DNA from: an uncultured Peptococcaceae bacterium | Lineage (GTDB): Bacteria; Bacillota; Limnochordia; Darwinibacteriales; Darwinibacteriaceae | Length of the DNA: 64,000 nucleotides | Direction of reading: 5' to 3' | Assembly: GCA_937988745.1 (NCBI GenBank) | Contig: CALKAR010000207.1 | Coordinates: forward strand, 3,394 to 67,393 | The notes under the pieces: generated by a model | The model's input: only the letters and a program-made list of their open reading frames with translations | Database searches by the model: none | Told to the model about the DNA's origin: nothing | In this document: one piece after another, positions 11,005 to 20,944 of the stretch | Layout: each line of letters starts with the position of its first letter | Numbering within the stretch: position 1 is the first letter of the stretch | Program-made: the position numbers and the translations under genes

Positions 11005-12537
11005 ATGAAAAAACTACTGAACCTGCTGTTTCATCGTGCTGTACTAGTTGCGGCGGCAATAGTCATGCAAGTTGCCGCCCTGATTCTCATGATCAACCGG
11101 TTCTCGGCCTATTTTTCTGTGTTTTATGGAATTACATTGGCAGCCAGTATTGTGGCAGTTCTGGCTATTGCCAACGGTAAAGGGAATGCTGGATACAAAA
11201 TCGCCTGGATCATTCTGATTTTGTCATTTCCCATCTTTGGAGGACTTTTCTATCTGATGTTCGGCGGCAGCCGTATGGGCACCTATCTTAAGAAGCGTAT
11301 GGACAGCATGCGGCAGCAGCTAATTGATGCACTGCCACCAGATGACTCCATTCTGGAGGAACTAAATGAAGAAAACCCAGATGCGGCCCGGCAAGTACAC
11401 TATCTGATGCACCATGCTCACTGCCCACCTTACAAAAACACGTTTACCAAGTATCTACCCCTCGGAGAAGACAAGTTTGAGGCACTTGTGGAAGAACTGA
11501 AAAAAGCCGAACGATATATCTTCCTAGAGTATTTCATTGTCGAAGAAGGCATCATGTGGAACACCATCCTCGAAATCCTTAAGGAAAAGGCCGCGGCTGG
11601 TGTCGATGTGCGCATGATCTACGATGACGTGGGCTGCATTATGAAGCTGCCCTATCGTTATGACAAAAAGCTCGAGAAAATGGGGATCAAATGCTGCCGA
11701 TTCAACCCCTTTATTCCGGTCCTTTCCGCCCGTCTAAACAACCGTAACCATCGCAAAATTGCTGTAATTGACGGTCATACGGCCTTTACAGGTGGAATCA
11801 ATCTAGCAGACGAATACATTAACGCCTATGAAAAATATGGGCACTGGAAAGACTCAGCCATAATGGTGAAGGGCCCTGGTGCCTGGAGCCTCACTGTAAT
11901 GTTCCTTACCATGTGGAACTACCTGAGGGGAACCAATGAAGATCTTTCTGCATTTCAACCAGAGAAGTTACCGGAGATTCCCCCTTCGAAGGGAATTGTA
12001 CAGCCGTATCATGATAATCCTCTCGATGAAGACCCGGTGGGCGAAACAGTCTATCTAAATATGATTGGCCGGGCAAAACGGTATATTTACATTAATACGC
12101 CCTATCTCATTCTGGATAGCGCTATGCAGACCGCCCTTTGTACAGCGGCCGAGTCGGGAGTAGATGTGCGTATCGTAACACCTCACATCCCCGACAAATG
12201 GTACGTTCACGCTGTCTCCCGCTCGTACTACCAAGTGCTGATGGAAGCCGGTGTGAAAATCTACGAGTATACTCCCGGCTTTATGCACTGCAAGACCTTC
12301 GTGGTAGACGACGAGTTTGCAGTTGTGGGAACGATCAATTTAGATTACCGCAGCCTATACCAGCACTTCGAATGTGGAGTATGGCTGTACAATACATGCA
12401 GCGTGGAGGAAATCCGCGATGACTTCCTCAAGACCTTGGACCAGTGCCATGAGTTTGATCTAGACGCATACTTAAACCGCAGTCTCTACAAGCGCATCGG
12501 CACTGCCATACTGAGGCTGTTTGCACCGCTCATGTAG
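11005..12537 (+). CDS. cls: Cardiolipin synthase (two PLD/HKD motifs)
   Basis: It has N-terminal TM helices. The HKD motifs are NHRKIAVIDGHTAFTGGINL and MHCKTFVVDDEFAVVGTINLD. Confidence 0.9.
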   Translation: MKKLLNLLFHRAVLVAAAIVMQVAALILMINRFSAYFSVFYGITLAASIVAVLAIANGKGNAGYKIAWIILILSFPIFGGLFYLMFGGSRMGTYLKKRMDSMRQQLIDALPPDDSILEELNEENPDAARQVHYLMHHAHCPPYKNTFTKYLPLGEDKFEALVEELKKAERYIFLEYFIVEEGIMWNTILEILKEKAAAGVDVRMIYDDVGCIMKLPYRYDKKLEKMGIKCCRFNPFIPVLSARLNNRNHRKIAVIDGHTAFTGGINLADEYINAYEKYGHWKDSAIMVKGPGAWSLTVMFLTMWNYLRGTNEDLSAFQPEKLPEIPPSKGIVQPYHDNPLDEDPVGETVYLNMIGRAKRYIYINTPYLILDSAMQTALCTAAESGVDVRIVTPHIPDKWYVHAVSRSYYQVLMEAGVKIYEYTPGFMHCKTFVVDDEFAVVGTINLDYRSLYQHFECGVWLYNTCSVEEIRDDFLKTLDQCHEFDLDAYLNRSLYKRIGTAILRLFAPLM

Positions 12538-12545
12538 AATTAAAA

Positions 12546-12575
12546 AAAGGCCCTGCACAAGGGCCTTTCTCTTAC
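12546..12575. terminator. Bidirectional intrinsic terminator between convergent cls and namA
   Basis: AAAGGCCC (12546-12553) pairs with GGGCCTTT (12561-12568). An A-run precedes it and a T-rich tail follows. On the minus strand the hairpin is followed by TTTTTTT. Confidence 0.8.
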
Positions 12576-13597
12576 CTCAATGCTGCCCGTCTATACTGTT
12601 CGGGCCACTTCTTCGCTTGATCTGTCATGGCCAGAAGCGGCCAATAAGGATTGCGCAGCAGCTCGCGACCAAGTGCGACAAAATCCGCTCGGCCATTCAG
12701 CAAAATCTCCTCGGCTAATTCCACCTGAGAAATTAAACCGACGGCAATCGTAGGAATATCCACTTCTCTGCGCACTGACTCAGCGTAAGTTACCTGGTAC
12801 CCTGGGCCAGTCTTAATCGGTGTAGGCAGCAGCCCACCTGAACTCACGTCGATCAGATCGACACCTCTTTTCTTCAGCTCCGCAGCAATAGCAATGGTAT
12901 CCTCAACTGTGAGGCCGCCATCCAAGTAATCGACAGCGGAGAGACGCACAGACAGAGGCTTCTCCTCTGGCCATTCTTTCTGCACTGCTTCCACGACCTC
13001 TAAGAGAAAGCGCAGGCGGCCTGCAAAATCTCCACCGTACTCATCATCACGCAGATTGCTCAATGGAGAAAGAAATTCATGGATCAGATATCCGTGGGCT
13101 GCATGAATCTGAAGCACATCGAAACCTGCTAGATCAGCCCGGCGAGCGGCGGCAGCCCATTTTTCAACCATCGCAGCAATCTCCTCTCGAGATAGGGCCT
13201 CCGGCATTGGCTTATCTGGTCCTGCTGGCAGCGCCGATGGTGCCACCAGCTCCGGTCCGCAGGCTTTTCGGCCTGCGTGCGCGATTTGGATTCCCATGAC
13301 TGTGCCCTGTGCACGGCAGAAATCTACCATCTGCCGCAGAGGATCAATGTGTGAATCATCCCAGAGGCCCAGATCCTGGCGGGAAATACGGCCCCGAGGC
13401 TCAACAGCAGTTGCTTCCACAATAATACAGCCTACTCCGCCAACCGCTCGCGTACCGTAGTGGACGAAGTGCCACTCATTGGCTACACCATCTTCGCCTG
13501 CCGAATACTGGCACATCGGTGGCATCACAATACGGTTTGGAAATGTTACTGATTTAAGTTCAAACGGTGTGAAAAGCATCTCTGCACCTCTGTTCAT
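12572..13597 (-). CDS. namA: NADPH dehydrogenase / NADH:flavin oxidoreductase, YqjM-type Old Yellow Enzyme
   Basis: The sequence is MLFTPFELKSVTFPNRIVMPPMCQYS...HAAHGYLIHEFLSP..N.R.DEYGG. Its start overlaps the stop of the upstream EEP gene by 4 nt (ATGA). Confidence 0.9.
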   Translation of the reverse strand: MNRGAEMLFTPFELKSVTFPNRIVMPPMCQYSAGEDGVANEWHFVHYGTRAVGGVGCIIVEATAVEPRGRISRQDLGLWDDSHIDPLRQMVDFCRAQGTVMGIQIAHAGRKACGPELVAPSALPAGPDKPMPEALSREEIAAMVEKWAAAARRADLAGFDVLQIHAAHGYLIHEFLSPLSNLRDDEYGGDFAGRLRFLLEVVEAVQKEWPEEKPLSVRLSAVDYLDGGLTVEDTIAIAAELKKRGVDLIDVSSGGLLPTPIKTGPGYQVTYAESVRREVDIPTIAVGLISQVELAEEILLNGRADFVALGRELLRNPYWPLLAMTDQAKKWPEQYRRAALR

Positions 13598-14361
13598 CGT
13601 ACTGGCAGTTGCAATCGAGCTCTAATTGGATAGTGATCCGACGGAAAACGTCCATCGACCTTGTCTCGAATGACTTCCGCGTCAAGAACTCCTACATTCG
13701 AAGACACAAAGATATAATCAATCCAACCACCGACGCCTAGTCCTGAAAACCCATGGAAAGTGGCACGCCCTGCACCCTTTTCTTGTAGAGCATCAGTCAG
13801 GTGCTCTCTTAGAAATTGAATGGGGATACTGGGGGGCTCGCAGTTAAAATCGCCCGTTAACACGCAGGGTAAATTGCGTTCCACAAACGGACGCATTCTC
13901 TCCCACACCAATTCAGCACCAAGGCGTCGGGCATCTTCCCCTTCGTGGTCGAGGTGAGTGTTGAACATCACAAACTCATGTCCCCCGTCTTTGGTGCGGA
14001 AATAGCCCCACGTGCAGATGCGAGGCAGCGAGCTGTCCCAAGATCTGCTGCCGGGGACCTCAGGAGTAGAAGAGAGCCAGAACTGGCCTTCCTCGACAAG
14101 CTCAAGGAGATCTGATCTGTAGTATATGGCGCAGAATTCATCAGCTTCATCTGAACCGCGTCCACGGCCAATTCGTCTGTATTCGGGTAGATCAGTGTCT
14201 AAATCGGCAAGCATAGCCGGGAGTCCTTCTTGAGTTCCTAAAACCTGTGGCGCAAACTTCTGAATCACAGATACCACCGCACTGCGGCGGTTAGGCCAGG
14301 CGTTACACCCATCTCCTTTGTTCCAATAGCGCAAGTTAAAAGACATCACATCGATATTCAC
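13594..14361 (-). CDS. Endonuclease/exonuclease/phosphatase (EEP) family protein
   Basis: The sequence is VNIDVMSFNLRYWN...GTQE...NTHLDHEG...TGDFN...SDHYPI. The track start at 14607 would overlap hcp. GTG 14361 lies 7 nt after AGGAGG, so I use that start. Confidence 0.8.
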   Translation of the reverse strand: MNIDVMSFNLRYWNKGDGCNAWPNRRSAVVSVIQKFAPQVLGTQEGLPAMLADLDTDLPEYRRIGRGRGSDEADEFCAIYYRSDLLELVEEGQFWLSSTPEVPGSRSWDSSLPRICTWGYFRTKDGGHEFVMFNTHLDHEGEDARRLGAELVWERMRPFVERNLPCVLTGDFNCEPPSIPIQFLREHLTDALQEKGAGRATFHGFSGLGVGGWIDYIFVSSNVGVLDAEVIRDKVDGRFPSDHYPIRARLQLPVR

Positions 14362-14440
14362 AGTACAGCCTCCTGATGCATTTGTGGCGGGGACGCCCTC
14401 CACCTTTATTAAACGCGTGGGATGGGTTCCCCTTCCAGTA

Positions 14441-14475
14441 TGGAAGAAAAGCGACCTCCATATTGGGGTCGCTTT
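14441..14475 (-). terminator. Probable intrinsic terminator after hcp
   Basis: On the minus strand AAAGCGACC-N10-GGTCGCTTT is followed by TCTTCC. A second small hairpin, CTTCCA-TAC-TGGAAG, follows. Confidence 0.5.
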
Positions 14476-14491
14476 ATGCTTTATCTCTATT

Positions 14492-16132
14492 TTAGCCCAA
14501 AAACAGCTCCAAGTCTCCTTCAACTGTGCTGATTGTTCCGATTCCAAACTGCTTGACAAGAACATCGGCCACATTAGGGGAAAGGAAAGCTGGTAGTGTT
14601 GGGCCAAGGTGGATGTTTTTCACACCCAGATATAAGAGGGCCAGTAGAACAATAACAGCCTTCTGCTCATACCAGGCAATGTTGTAAACAATTGGGAGCT
14701 CATTAATATCCTCGAGTCCGAAGACTTCTTTTAATTTCAAAGCAATCAGAGCTAATGAATAGGAGTCATTGCACTGTCCTGCATCCAGTACCCGCGGAAT
14801 TCCGCCAATATCACCCAAGGGAAGCTTGTTGTAGCGGTACTTGGCGCAGCCAGCAGTCAAGATAACAGTGTCTTCGGGAAGAGCCTCAGCAAATTCTGTG
14901 TAGTACGAGCGGCTCTTCATGCGGCCATCACAGCCTGCCATAACGAAGAATTTCTTAATGGCACCACTCTTTACCGCGTCGACAACCTGATCTGCCAGTG
15001 CGAAGACCTGCTCATGGGCAAATCCACCGACAATTGTGCCCGACTCTATTTCAGCAGGTGGTGGGCACTGTTTTGCCAGTTCAATGACTTCGCTGAAATC
15101 CTTCCAGCCGTCTTCGTCGGCTTCAATATGCTTGCAGCCCGGAAAGCCTGTGGCGCCACTCGTGAAGATGCGTTCCCTTACCTCTTCACTGCGAGGGGGC
15201 ACAATGCAGTTTGTGGTAAACACAATCGGGCCATTGAAAGACTCAAACTCGGTTACCTGCTGCCACCAAGCGTTACCGTAGTTTCCTGCAAAATGCTCAT
15301 ATTTCTTAAACGCTGGATAGTAGTGCGCCGGAAGCATTTCGCCGTGGGTATAAACGTCTACCCCTGTGCCTTCAGTCTGCTCCAAGAGCATTTCTAGATC
15401 CCGCAGGTCGTGACCGGAAATCAAAATCGCGGGGTTATTCCGCACACCGATGTTTACCTCGGAAATCTCAGGATTACCGTAAGTCTTTGTGTTAGCCTTA
15501 TCAAGGAGAGCCATGCCCTCAACACCAAACTTACCTGTCTCCAGGGTAAGCTGTGTAAGCTCATCGACAGTCAAGCTGTCATCTAAAGTAGCATTCAGCG
15601 CTTTATATATGAACCGATAAATGCCCTCATCTTCAAAACCTAGAACATAAGCATGGTGCAGATAAGCGGCCAAACCTTTGAGCCCGTAGGTAATCAATTC
15701 CCGCAGGGAACGAATGTCAGGATCAGAGGTAGCTAACACTCCTACAGTAAGGCCCTTTTCTTCCATCTCTTCCCGTGTTTCAACGGCAAATAGAGCTGCA
15801 TCGTGGAGGCCATCGGTATCTGCTCCATCAAGCAGATCATCTCTTACCGCCAATACATCTCTAATCTGTCTTTCTATGGCGGCATGATCAAAGTTAGCAT
15901 TGGTAATGGTCATAAAAAGGCTGTCAACCATCATCCGATGCAGTTCTAGACTGATTTCTTTGGTGCTGCGGCCTGACTCAACAATATTGGCGATGCCTTT
16001 GACGGCGTAGATCAAAAGATCCTGCAGGTTCGCCAGATCGGCATCCTTACCACATACACCTTTAATGGTACAGCCCGTTCCTCCCGCTGCTTCCTGGCAC
16101 TGGAAGCAGAACATGTTCATATTTGTACTCAT
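14492..16132 (-). CDS. hcp: Hybrid cluster protein / hydroxylamine reductase
   Basis: The N-terminal Cys cluster is [23 protein letters not shown], and the length is typical for Hcp. The start was moved to ATG 16132 ([11 protein letters not shown]), 6 nt after GAGGAGGAG. Confidence 0.95.
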   Translation of the reverse strand: MSTNMNMFCFQCQEAAGGTGCTIKGVCGKDADLANLQDLLIYAVKGIANIVESGRSTKEISLELHRMMVDSLFMTITNANFDHAAIERQIRDVLAVRDDLLDGADTDGLHDAALFAVETREEMEEKGLTVGVLATSDPDIRSLRELITYGLKGLAAYLHHAYVLGFEDEGIYRFIYKALNATLDDSLTVDELTQLTLETGKFGVEGMALLDKANTKTYGNPEISEVNIGVRNNPAILISGHDLRDLEMLLEQTEGTGVDVYTHGEMLPAHYYPAFKKYEHFAGNYGNAWWQQVTEFESFNGPIVFTTNCIVPPRSEEVRERIFTSGATGFPGCKHIEADEDGWKDFSEVIELAKQCPPPAEIESGTIVGGFAHEQVFALADQVVDAVKSGAIKKFFVMAGCDGRMKSRSYYTEFAEALPEDTVILTAGCAKYRYNKLPLGDIGGIPRVLDAGQCNDSYSLALIALKLKEVFGLEDINELPIVYNIAWYEQKAVIVLLALLYLGVKNIHLGPTLPAFLSPNVADVLVKQFGIGTISTVEGDLELFLG

Positions 16133-16161
16133 TCCCAACTCCTCCTCACTCGAGACAATTA

Positions 16162-16178
16162 CTAAGTTACTCACTTAG
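16162..16178. promoter_or_regulatory. Palindrome CTAAGT-N5-ACTTAG in the hcp upstream region (candidate operator)
   Basis: It has perfect 6-bp arms and is centred 38 nt upstream of the hcp ATG. The regulator is unknown. Confidence 0.3.
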
Positions 16179-16197
16179 GTATTTCACAAAGACTAGT

Positions 16198-17163
16198 TTA
16201 CCCAGGGAGCTTGTCTCTGTCAAGAGGAGTTTGGCGGGTTTTCCAGTGATTAACAGCTCTGATCCCAAATGCTACCAGTGCGAGCGAAACTACGGCTGCA
16301 GGTGTAAGGCGTTCGTCCGGCAGCAGGAGCGCTGACAACACCGAACCAGAGACAGGGATCATAAAACGGTAAACTGTCACTTCACCAGCTCTATTGTATT
16401 TCAGGAGATAGTACCAAATAGAGAAGGCTGCCGCAGATAAGAACGCGGAATAAACAAACAGTCCCCAGAAAAGGCCCGATAAATGCACCTGTTTACCAAC
16501 CACGCCTGGCACGCCCACAAACAGCAGGACGAGAGAACCGAACAGCAGCTGATAAGCGTTAATCAGCACGGGATTGAGAGAGCGGCCCAGCTTCTTAGCC
16601 TGGAAGGTACCGACAACACCAGCAAGGCCAGATAGAACGAGAAACCCTTCCCCCCTAAAGGACATGGACCAAGAAAAGCCCGCTGCTCCATGCCAGTTGA
16701 TCAAAATAATTCCGGCAAATCCGGTGATTATTCCAATTATCTTACCGGGATTGAGGCGGTCGTCTTTATAAATGAAATGGGCGAAAATCACTACTAAGAA
16801 ATTGCCTAAAGCATTTAAGACCGCACCTTTAATCCCACCGGTAAAGGCAAGTCCGTTGTAGAAGAAGAAGTACTGCAGACCCGTCTGGAAAAGCCCTAAC
16901 GAAACGACAGGCACGATGTATTCGCCCTGCAGCCGAATAGACTGTCTAAATACCAACTTCAGCAGTACAAACAAAAGCAGGGCGGCTAATAAAAACCTTC
17001 CCCCTGCGAGAACTACGCGGCTGGCCGTATCGTCAGCTGTAAGCCCCAACTCCGCGTAGGTGATCTTCAATACCGGAAAGGCACTTCCCCACAAGATGCA
17101 GGCGATTGTCGCAGTCAGTGCCACGAAGTATTTGTTTGTCCATAGATTCTTTTGCTTCATCAT
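16198..17163 (-). CDS. DMT-superfamily (EamA-like) transporter
   Basis: It is a ten-TM hydrophobic protein with duplicated EamA-like halves (..CILWGSAFPVLK.. and ..AFLSAAAFSIWYYLLK..). Confidence 0.8.
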   Translation of the reverse strand: MMKQKNLWTNKYFVALTATIACILWGSAFPVLKITYAELGLTADDTASRVVLAGGRFLLAALLLFVLLKLVFRQSIRLQGEYIVPVVSLGLFQTGLQYFFFYNGLAFTGGIKGAVLNALGNFLVVIFAHFIYKDDRLNPGKIIGIITGFAGIILINWHGAAGFSWSMSFRGEGFLVLSGLAGVVGTFQAKKLGRSLNPVLINAYQLLFGSLVLLFVGVPGVVGKQVHLSGLFWGLFVYSAFLSAAAFSIWYYLLKYNRAGEVTVYRFMIPVSGSVLSALLLPDERLTPAAVVSLALVAFGIRAVNHWKTRQTPLDRDKLPG

Positions 17164-17193
17164 TCTTGCGTTTTGCTCCTTATAAACTTAATA

Positions 17194-17218
17194 GGTGAAG
17201 GGCAGAAGGCCCTTCACC
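17194..17218 (-). terminator. Hairpin terminator after the esterase-to-TIM-barrel gene run
   Basis: GGTGAAGGGC (17194-17203) pairs with GCCCTTCACC (17209-17218). On the minus strand an AT-rich tail, TATTAAGTTTAT, follows. Confidence 0.5.
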
Positions 17219-17220
17219 GC

Positions 17221-18096
17221 TTAGTAGACACTTGCCAAATACGACTTGAGGTTAGCTAACCCAATTTCGATGGCTTTGATCGGTTCCTCCATTCCCTCAA
17301 ACTCGATGGAAAGGACACCGTCGTAGCCATGGTCCTTCATGATCCGGAGACACTGAGTAATCGGTACTTCTCCGTGCCCAATTATCGCACCTCTGAGATA
17401 GTTTCCACCCCGACTTCTGAACCAACCCTCACCGGGATCAGGCAGCGAACCACACTTATAATGGAAGTCCTTAGCGTGTACATGGAATGCGTAAGGCATC
17501 AACCTGCCCACTGCCTGGGCCGGGTTCTCGTCGACACAGAGAAAGTTACCCATATCCACTAGTACACCGAAGTTAGGATGGTCCACCCCGTTTACTAGCT
17601 TCTCTACTCGTTCACTGTCCTGCGCAAAGAACCCGTGGTTTTCCACCATGGTCTTTACACCTAGGTCAGCAGCAAACTCAGTTACCGCACGGCAGCCTTT
17701 AATTAGAATCGGCAGGGCATCATCAAAGCCCTTAGCCCCCTGCGTCTCCTTGGGGAAACCCCAAGTGGCGTCATGGCGCATGGCTGGGCATCCCAAGACT
17801 TGTGCCACCCGCACCTCGTCTTTGAGACGCTCAACTTCTGCCTCCCAATCACCATTGGACCCATTCATAAAATCAGCCCAAATGGTATAGCTGGCCACTT
17901 TCAGCCCTACTTCATCACAGGCTTCCCTTACTCTTGGAGCGAAACTTAGAGGTGTTTCACCATCAGGGAGGTCCGGGAAACCAGCAAATTCAATCACATC
18001 AAAACCTAATTCCTTCGTCTTTTTAATGATCTCAAACGTACTCAGCCCAGCTTTGCTGAAGCTGTAAGAGCTTACCCCGATCAGCACTAACTCCAC
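17221..18096 (-). CDS. Sugar phosphate isomerase/epimerase (xylose-isomerase-like TIM barrel, AP_endonuc_2 family)
   Basis: It is 291 aa, with motifs ..GFDVIEF.., ..VENHG.., ..LVDMGNF.. and ..HVHAKD.. . The substrate is not inferable. Confidence 0.7.
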   Translation of the reverse strand: MELVLIGVSSYSFSKAGLSTFEIIKKTKELGFDVIEFAGFPDLPDGETPLSFAPRVREACDEVGLKVASYTIWADFMNGSNGDWEAEVERLKDEVRVAQVLGCPAMRHDATWGFPKETQGAKGFDDALPILIKGCRAVTEFAADLGVKTMVENHGFFAQDSERVEKLVNGVDHPNFGVLVDMGNFLCVDENPAQAVGRLMPYAFHVHAKDFHYKCGSLPDPGEGWFRSRGGNYLRGAIIGHGEVPITQCLRIMKDHGYDGVLSIEFEGMEEPIKAIEIGLANLKSYLASVY

Positions 18097-18102
18097 TCCA
18101 GT

Positions 18103-18588
18103 CTAGTAATCTTCCTGCAGGCCGAATTCAGCCGATTCTACCCACTGATCAGCCTTGCGCAGGTGTTCTACAATGTCTTGAAATACTTGCTTGTGACGCT
18201 TCTCTTCTTCAACTAAGAACTCAAATAGCTTCTTGTCTGTTTCAGATTGCGCCTCAGCCAGCATGTCCTGGTACAGTTTGATCGCATCGTCTTCAAATTT
18301 GATCGCGTGTTGGTACACATCTAACTGACTGGGTATTTCCTTTTCATCCAACTTGAACTCAGAAATATCTTCAAAGACGTTCTTAAACGTGCTGTATGCC
18401 CGGCCTTCAGTAAAATCGTAGGCGTGCTTCTCGGAATGCTGTTTGAGAAGGCGCGCATGTTCGCGCTCGTCTTCAGCCAGCATCAGAAACACCCGTTCAA
18501 GAGGAGTCCCTTTGGTGCGCTCAGCCTGTTCTAAGTAATACTTTTCCCCATCAAGCTCCATCTTGATTGCAAACTCCAGCGATTTCAT
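18103..18588 (-). CDS. Erythrin-like ferritin-fold diiron protein (rubrerythrin family without the rubredoxin domain)
   Basis: It is a four-helix pattern with two E..EXXH sites: MELDGEKYY..LAEDEREHARLL and FEDDAIKLY..LVEEEKRHKQVF. Confidence 0.7.
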   Translation of the reverse strand: MKSLEFAIKMELDGEKYYLEQAERTKGTPLERVFLMLAEDEREHARLLKQHSEKHAYDFTEGRAYSTFKNVFEDISEFKLDEKEIPSQLDVYQHAIKFEDDAIKLYQDMLAEAQSETDKKLFEFLVEEEKRHKQVFQDIVEHLRKADQWVESAEFGLQEDY

Positions 18589-18613
18589 CTTAACCCTCCT
18601 TGGAAAGCTGTGG

Positions 18614-19807
18614 TTATAAGAGACTTACAAACTCCCGGCCGAAGGATTTACACTGCTCCAAGACTTCTTCTGTTGGCTGCCAGGTAGTTTTAAATCCATC
18701 ATGAACGACTTCAAAACCACAGGCCTTCAGCTCTTCTGTCAGCAGCTTAACACTTTCACCGCTCCAACCATAGCTGCCGAAGGCAGCTGCCTTCTTCTTC
18801 TGAAACTTCAACCCTTTCACCATTTCTACCAGCCCGCCGATGGAAGACAAGAAGCGGTTGTTGATGGTAGGCGATCCCAGGAGTACTGCCTTAGATTTGA
18901 AAATCTCTGTCACGATGTCATTCTTATCCCTCTTGCCAGCATGGCAGACTCTAACCTGAACTTCTTTGTCTGCCTCTTGAATGCCTGCTGCGATCGCTTC
19001 AGCCATTCGCCGAGTACCGTTCCACATTGTGTCAAAGACAATGGCAATCTGGTTTTCTTGGTAATCCTCCGCCCATTCTAAGTACTTGTTAACGATCTGA
19101 AGCGGATTGTCACGCCAAATGACACCATGGCTGGTGCAGATCATGTCTACGGGCAGATTCAGAGCCAAGACTTCTTCGATCTTGCGTTTTACCAGCCGGC
19201 TGAACGGCGTCAAGATGTTGGCATAGTACTTGATCGCCTGGGCATATAGCTCACACTGGTCCACTGTGTCATTAAACAGTGATTCGGTCGCTAAGTGCTG
19301 ACCAAATGCGTCATTGCTGAAGAGAATATTCTCGCCAGTGTAGTAAGCGAACATCGTGTCAGGCCAGTGGAGCATGGGAGCTTCGACAAAGACCAACTGA
19401 TTGGAACCCAAATCAATGGTATCACCCGTCTTTACGGGAACGAAGTTCCAGTCGCCATGATAGTGTCCTTTAAGTGACTTCACACCATTGTTAGTGCAAT
19501 AGATAGGTGTGTCTGGAATTTCCCGCATTAGTTCAGGTAGGGCACCACTGTGATCCACTTCGCCATGGAGGATCACAATCGCGTCGATAGACTTCAGATC
19601 AACTTCATCCTTCAGGTTAGCGACATACTCTTTCGCGTACGGCAGCCAAACAGTATCGATCAAAATCGTTTTCTCGTCCCGGATGAGGTAAGAGTTATAC
19701 GTCGATCCTTCCCAAGTGGAGTATTCTTCACCGTGGAAAGTCTCCAATTCCCAGTCTACCTTACCGACCCAAGTTACCTTGTCCGTCACCCGTTTGCTCT
19801 GCTTCAT
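18614..19807 (-). CDS. fprA: FprA-family flavodiiron protein (metallo-beta-lactamase-like plus flavodoxin domains)
   Basis: The diiron motif is HGEVDHSG. The C-terminal flavodoxin-like segment is AIVFDTMWNGTRRMAEAI...LLGSPTINN. Length is 397 aa. Confidence 0.9.
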   Translation of the reverse strand: MKQSKRVTDKVTWVGKVDWELETFHGEEYSTWEGSTYNSYLIRDEKTILIDTVWLPYAKEYVANLKDEVDLKSIDAIVILHGEVDHSGALPELMREIPDTPIYCTNNGVKSLKGHYHGDWNFVPVKTGDTIDLGSNQLVFVEAPMLHWPDTMFAYYTGENILFSNDAFGQHLATESLFNDTVDQCELYAQAIKYYANILTPFSRLVKRKIEEVLALNLPVDMICTSHGVIWRDNPLQIVNKYLEWAEDYQENQIAIVFDTMWNGTRRMAEAIAAGIQEADKEVQVRVCHAGKRDKNDIVTEIFKSKAVLLGSPTINNRFLSSIGGLVEMVKGLKFQKKKAAAFGSYGWSGESVKLLTEELKACGFEVVHDGFKTTWQPTEEVLEQCKSFGREFVSLL

Positions 19808-19819
19808 GTTTGGTCCCCC

Positions 19820-20929
19820 TTATTTATCTATTCCGGCAGCTGTCTCTCGCCGGATCTCTCGCACTAGACTAACTAGATGAGTAATAAGGACTTTCCCTAC
19901 AGCAAAGACTGGCACACCTAAGATCATACCCACAATTCCCGCCATGCTTCCTGCTGTCAGCAGAGTCACGATGATGGTCACAGGATGCATATTGAGTTTT
20001 TTGCCAAGGACCAAGGGAGATATTAGATGGCTTTCCGCCTGCTGAGCAATGACAAACACAATTAGCACCTTAACTGCGGTCCACGGCGAAACCATCAAGC
20101 CAACGATCAGCGCCGGAATAGCCCCCGCCACCGGACCGAAGTACGGAATAATTTCCGTTACCATAGCCACCGCAGCAAACAGGAGCGCGTAGTCAAGGCC
20201 TATTATCCGAAGGCCAACATAGACAATCAGTCCGACAAATAGACAAACCACAATCATACCTTGGACGTAAGAGCTGATAGTCGTATGGATGCTGTAAAAA
20301 ACATCTATAACCTTCTGTCTGTAGGCTTGGGGAAAAGCCTTGGCCACAAAGTTTGGAAGTTTGTGACCATCCCGAAGCATATAAAACAAGAGGATCGGTA
20401 CTGTAAACAAAGCAACAGCAACATTGGCAACAGAACCGATAAAGCCAACGAGATTTGAGGCGATGCTCTCTAAGACTGTGTCAACAACCCCGATGTAATC
20501 AATTTCACTCCACTTGCGGAAGAACTCAAAGCGATGGAACTTTGAGAAGAACGTTGATTCTTGAAACTCCCGAATGTAAGTATCGAGCTGTCGCAGAATC
20601 GAAGGCGCATTAGTGGCCAAATTGGTTAGCTGCCGTTCCAATAGAGGCACAAGCCACAGCACTGCAAGGAGAATTAATCCACCTAAGAACACATAAACAG
20701 CTATAATGGCAGCTGTACGCGGCCAGCGCAGACGCTGCATGCCGGAGACAATGGGATCAGTCAGATAGAATAAGATCCCCGCCACCAAGAAAGGCAGAAA
20801 AATGGTCGTAATAAGCACAACTACAGGCTGAAAAACAAACGAGATCTGCTGCCCAAGCCAGATGACCGCAAAAAGCAGCAGCAGCCAAACCGTGCCTTGA
20901 AAGAGCCTATTATGCAGCAGTTTCACCAA
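19820..20929 (-). CDS. AI-2E family (PerM/UPF0118) transporter
   Basis: It is a polytopic protein with the characteristic C-terminal ..EIIPYFGPVAGAIPA..ISPLVLGKKLNMHPV.. . Confidence 0.85.
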   Translation of the reverse strand: MVKLLHNRLFQGTVWLLLLFAVIWLGQQISFVFQPVVVLITTIFLPFLVAGILFYLTDPIVSGMQRLRWPRTAAIIAVYVFLGGLILLAVLWLVPLLERQLTNLATNAPSILRQLDTYIREFQESTFFSKFHRFEFFRKWSEIDYIGVVDTVLESIASNLVGFIGSVANVAVALFTVPILLFYMLRDGHKLPNFVAKAFPQAYRQKVIDVFYSIHTTISSYVQGMIVVCLFVGLIVYVGLRIIGLDYALLFAAVAMVTEIIPYFGPVAGAIPALIVGLMVSPWTAVKVLIVFVIAQQAESHLISPLVLGKKLNMHPVTIIVTLLTAGSMAGIVGMILGVPVFAVGKVLITHLVSLVREIRRETAAGIDK

Positions 20930-20944
20930 ATCACTCCTACCCTC

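Noticed and set aside
14362-14607. N-terminal extensions in the ORF track. They affect the EEP gene, hcp, yjbQ, DUF342, the SBP, rbr, sodA, the nitroreductase, ldh, plsC, the FtsA-like gene, the NYN gene, DUF4382 and tatA.
   Set aside because: In each case the longest ORF would overlap the neighbouring gene or lacks an RBS. An internal ATG, GTG or TTG is preceded by GGAGG-like sequence at 5-9 nt and yields a family-typical N-terminus, so the shorter models were used.
16133-16197. Search for an HcpR (GTAAC-N4-GTTAC or TTGTGA-N6-TCACAA) site upstream of hcp.
   Set aside because: Only half-site-like fragments are present (TTGTGAAAT and ATTAC-N3-GTTAC), with wrong spacing. I retained only the CTAAGT-N5-ACTTAG palindrome, as a low-confidence feature.
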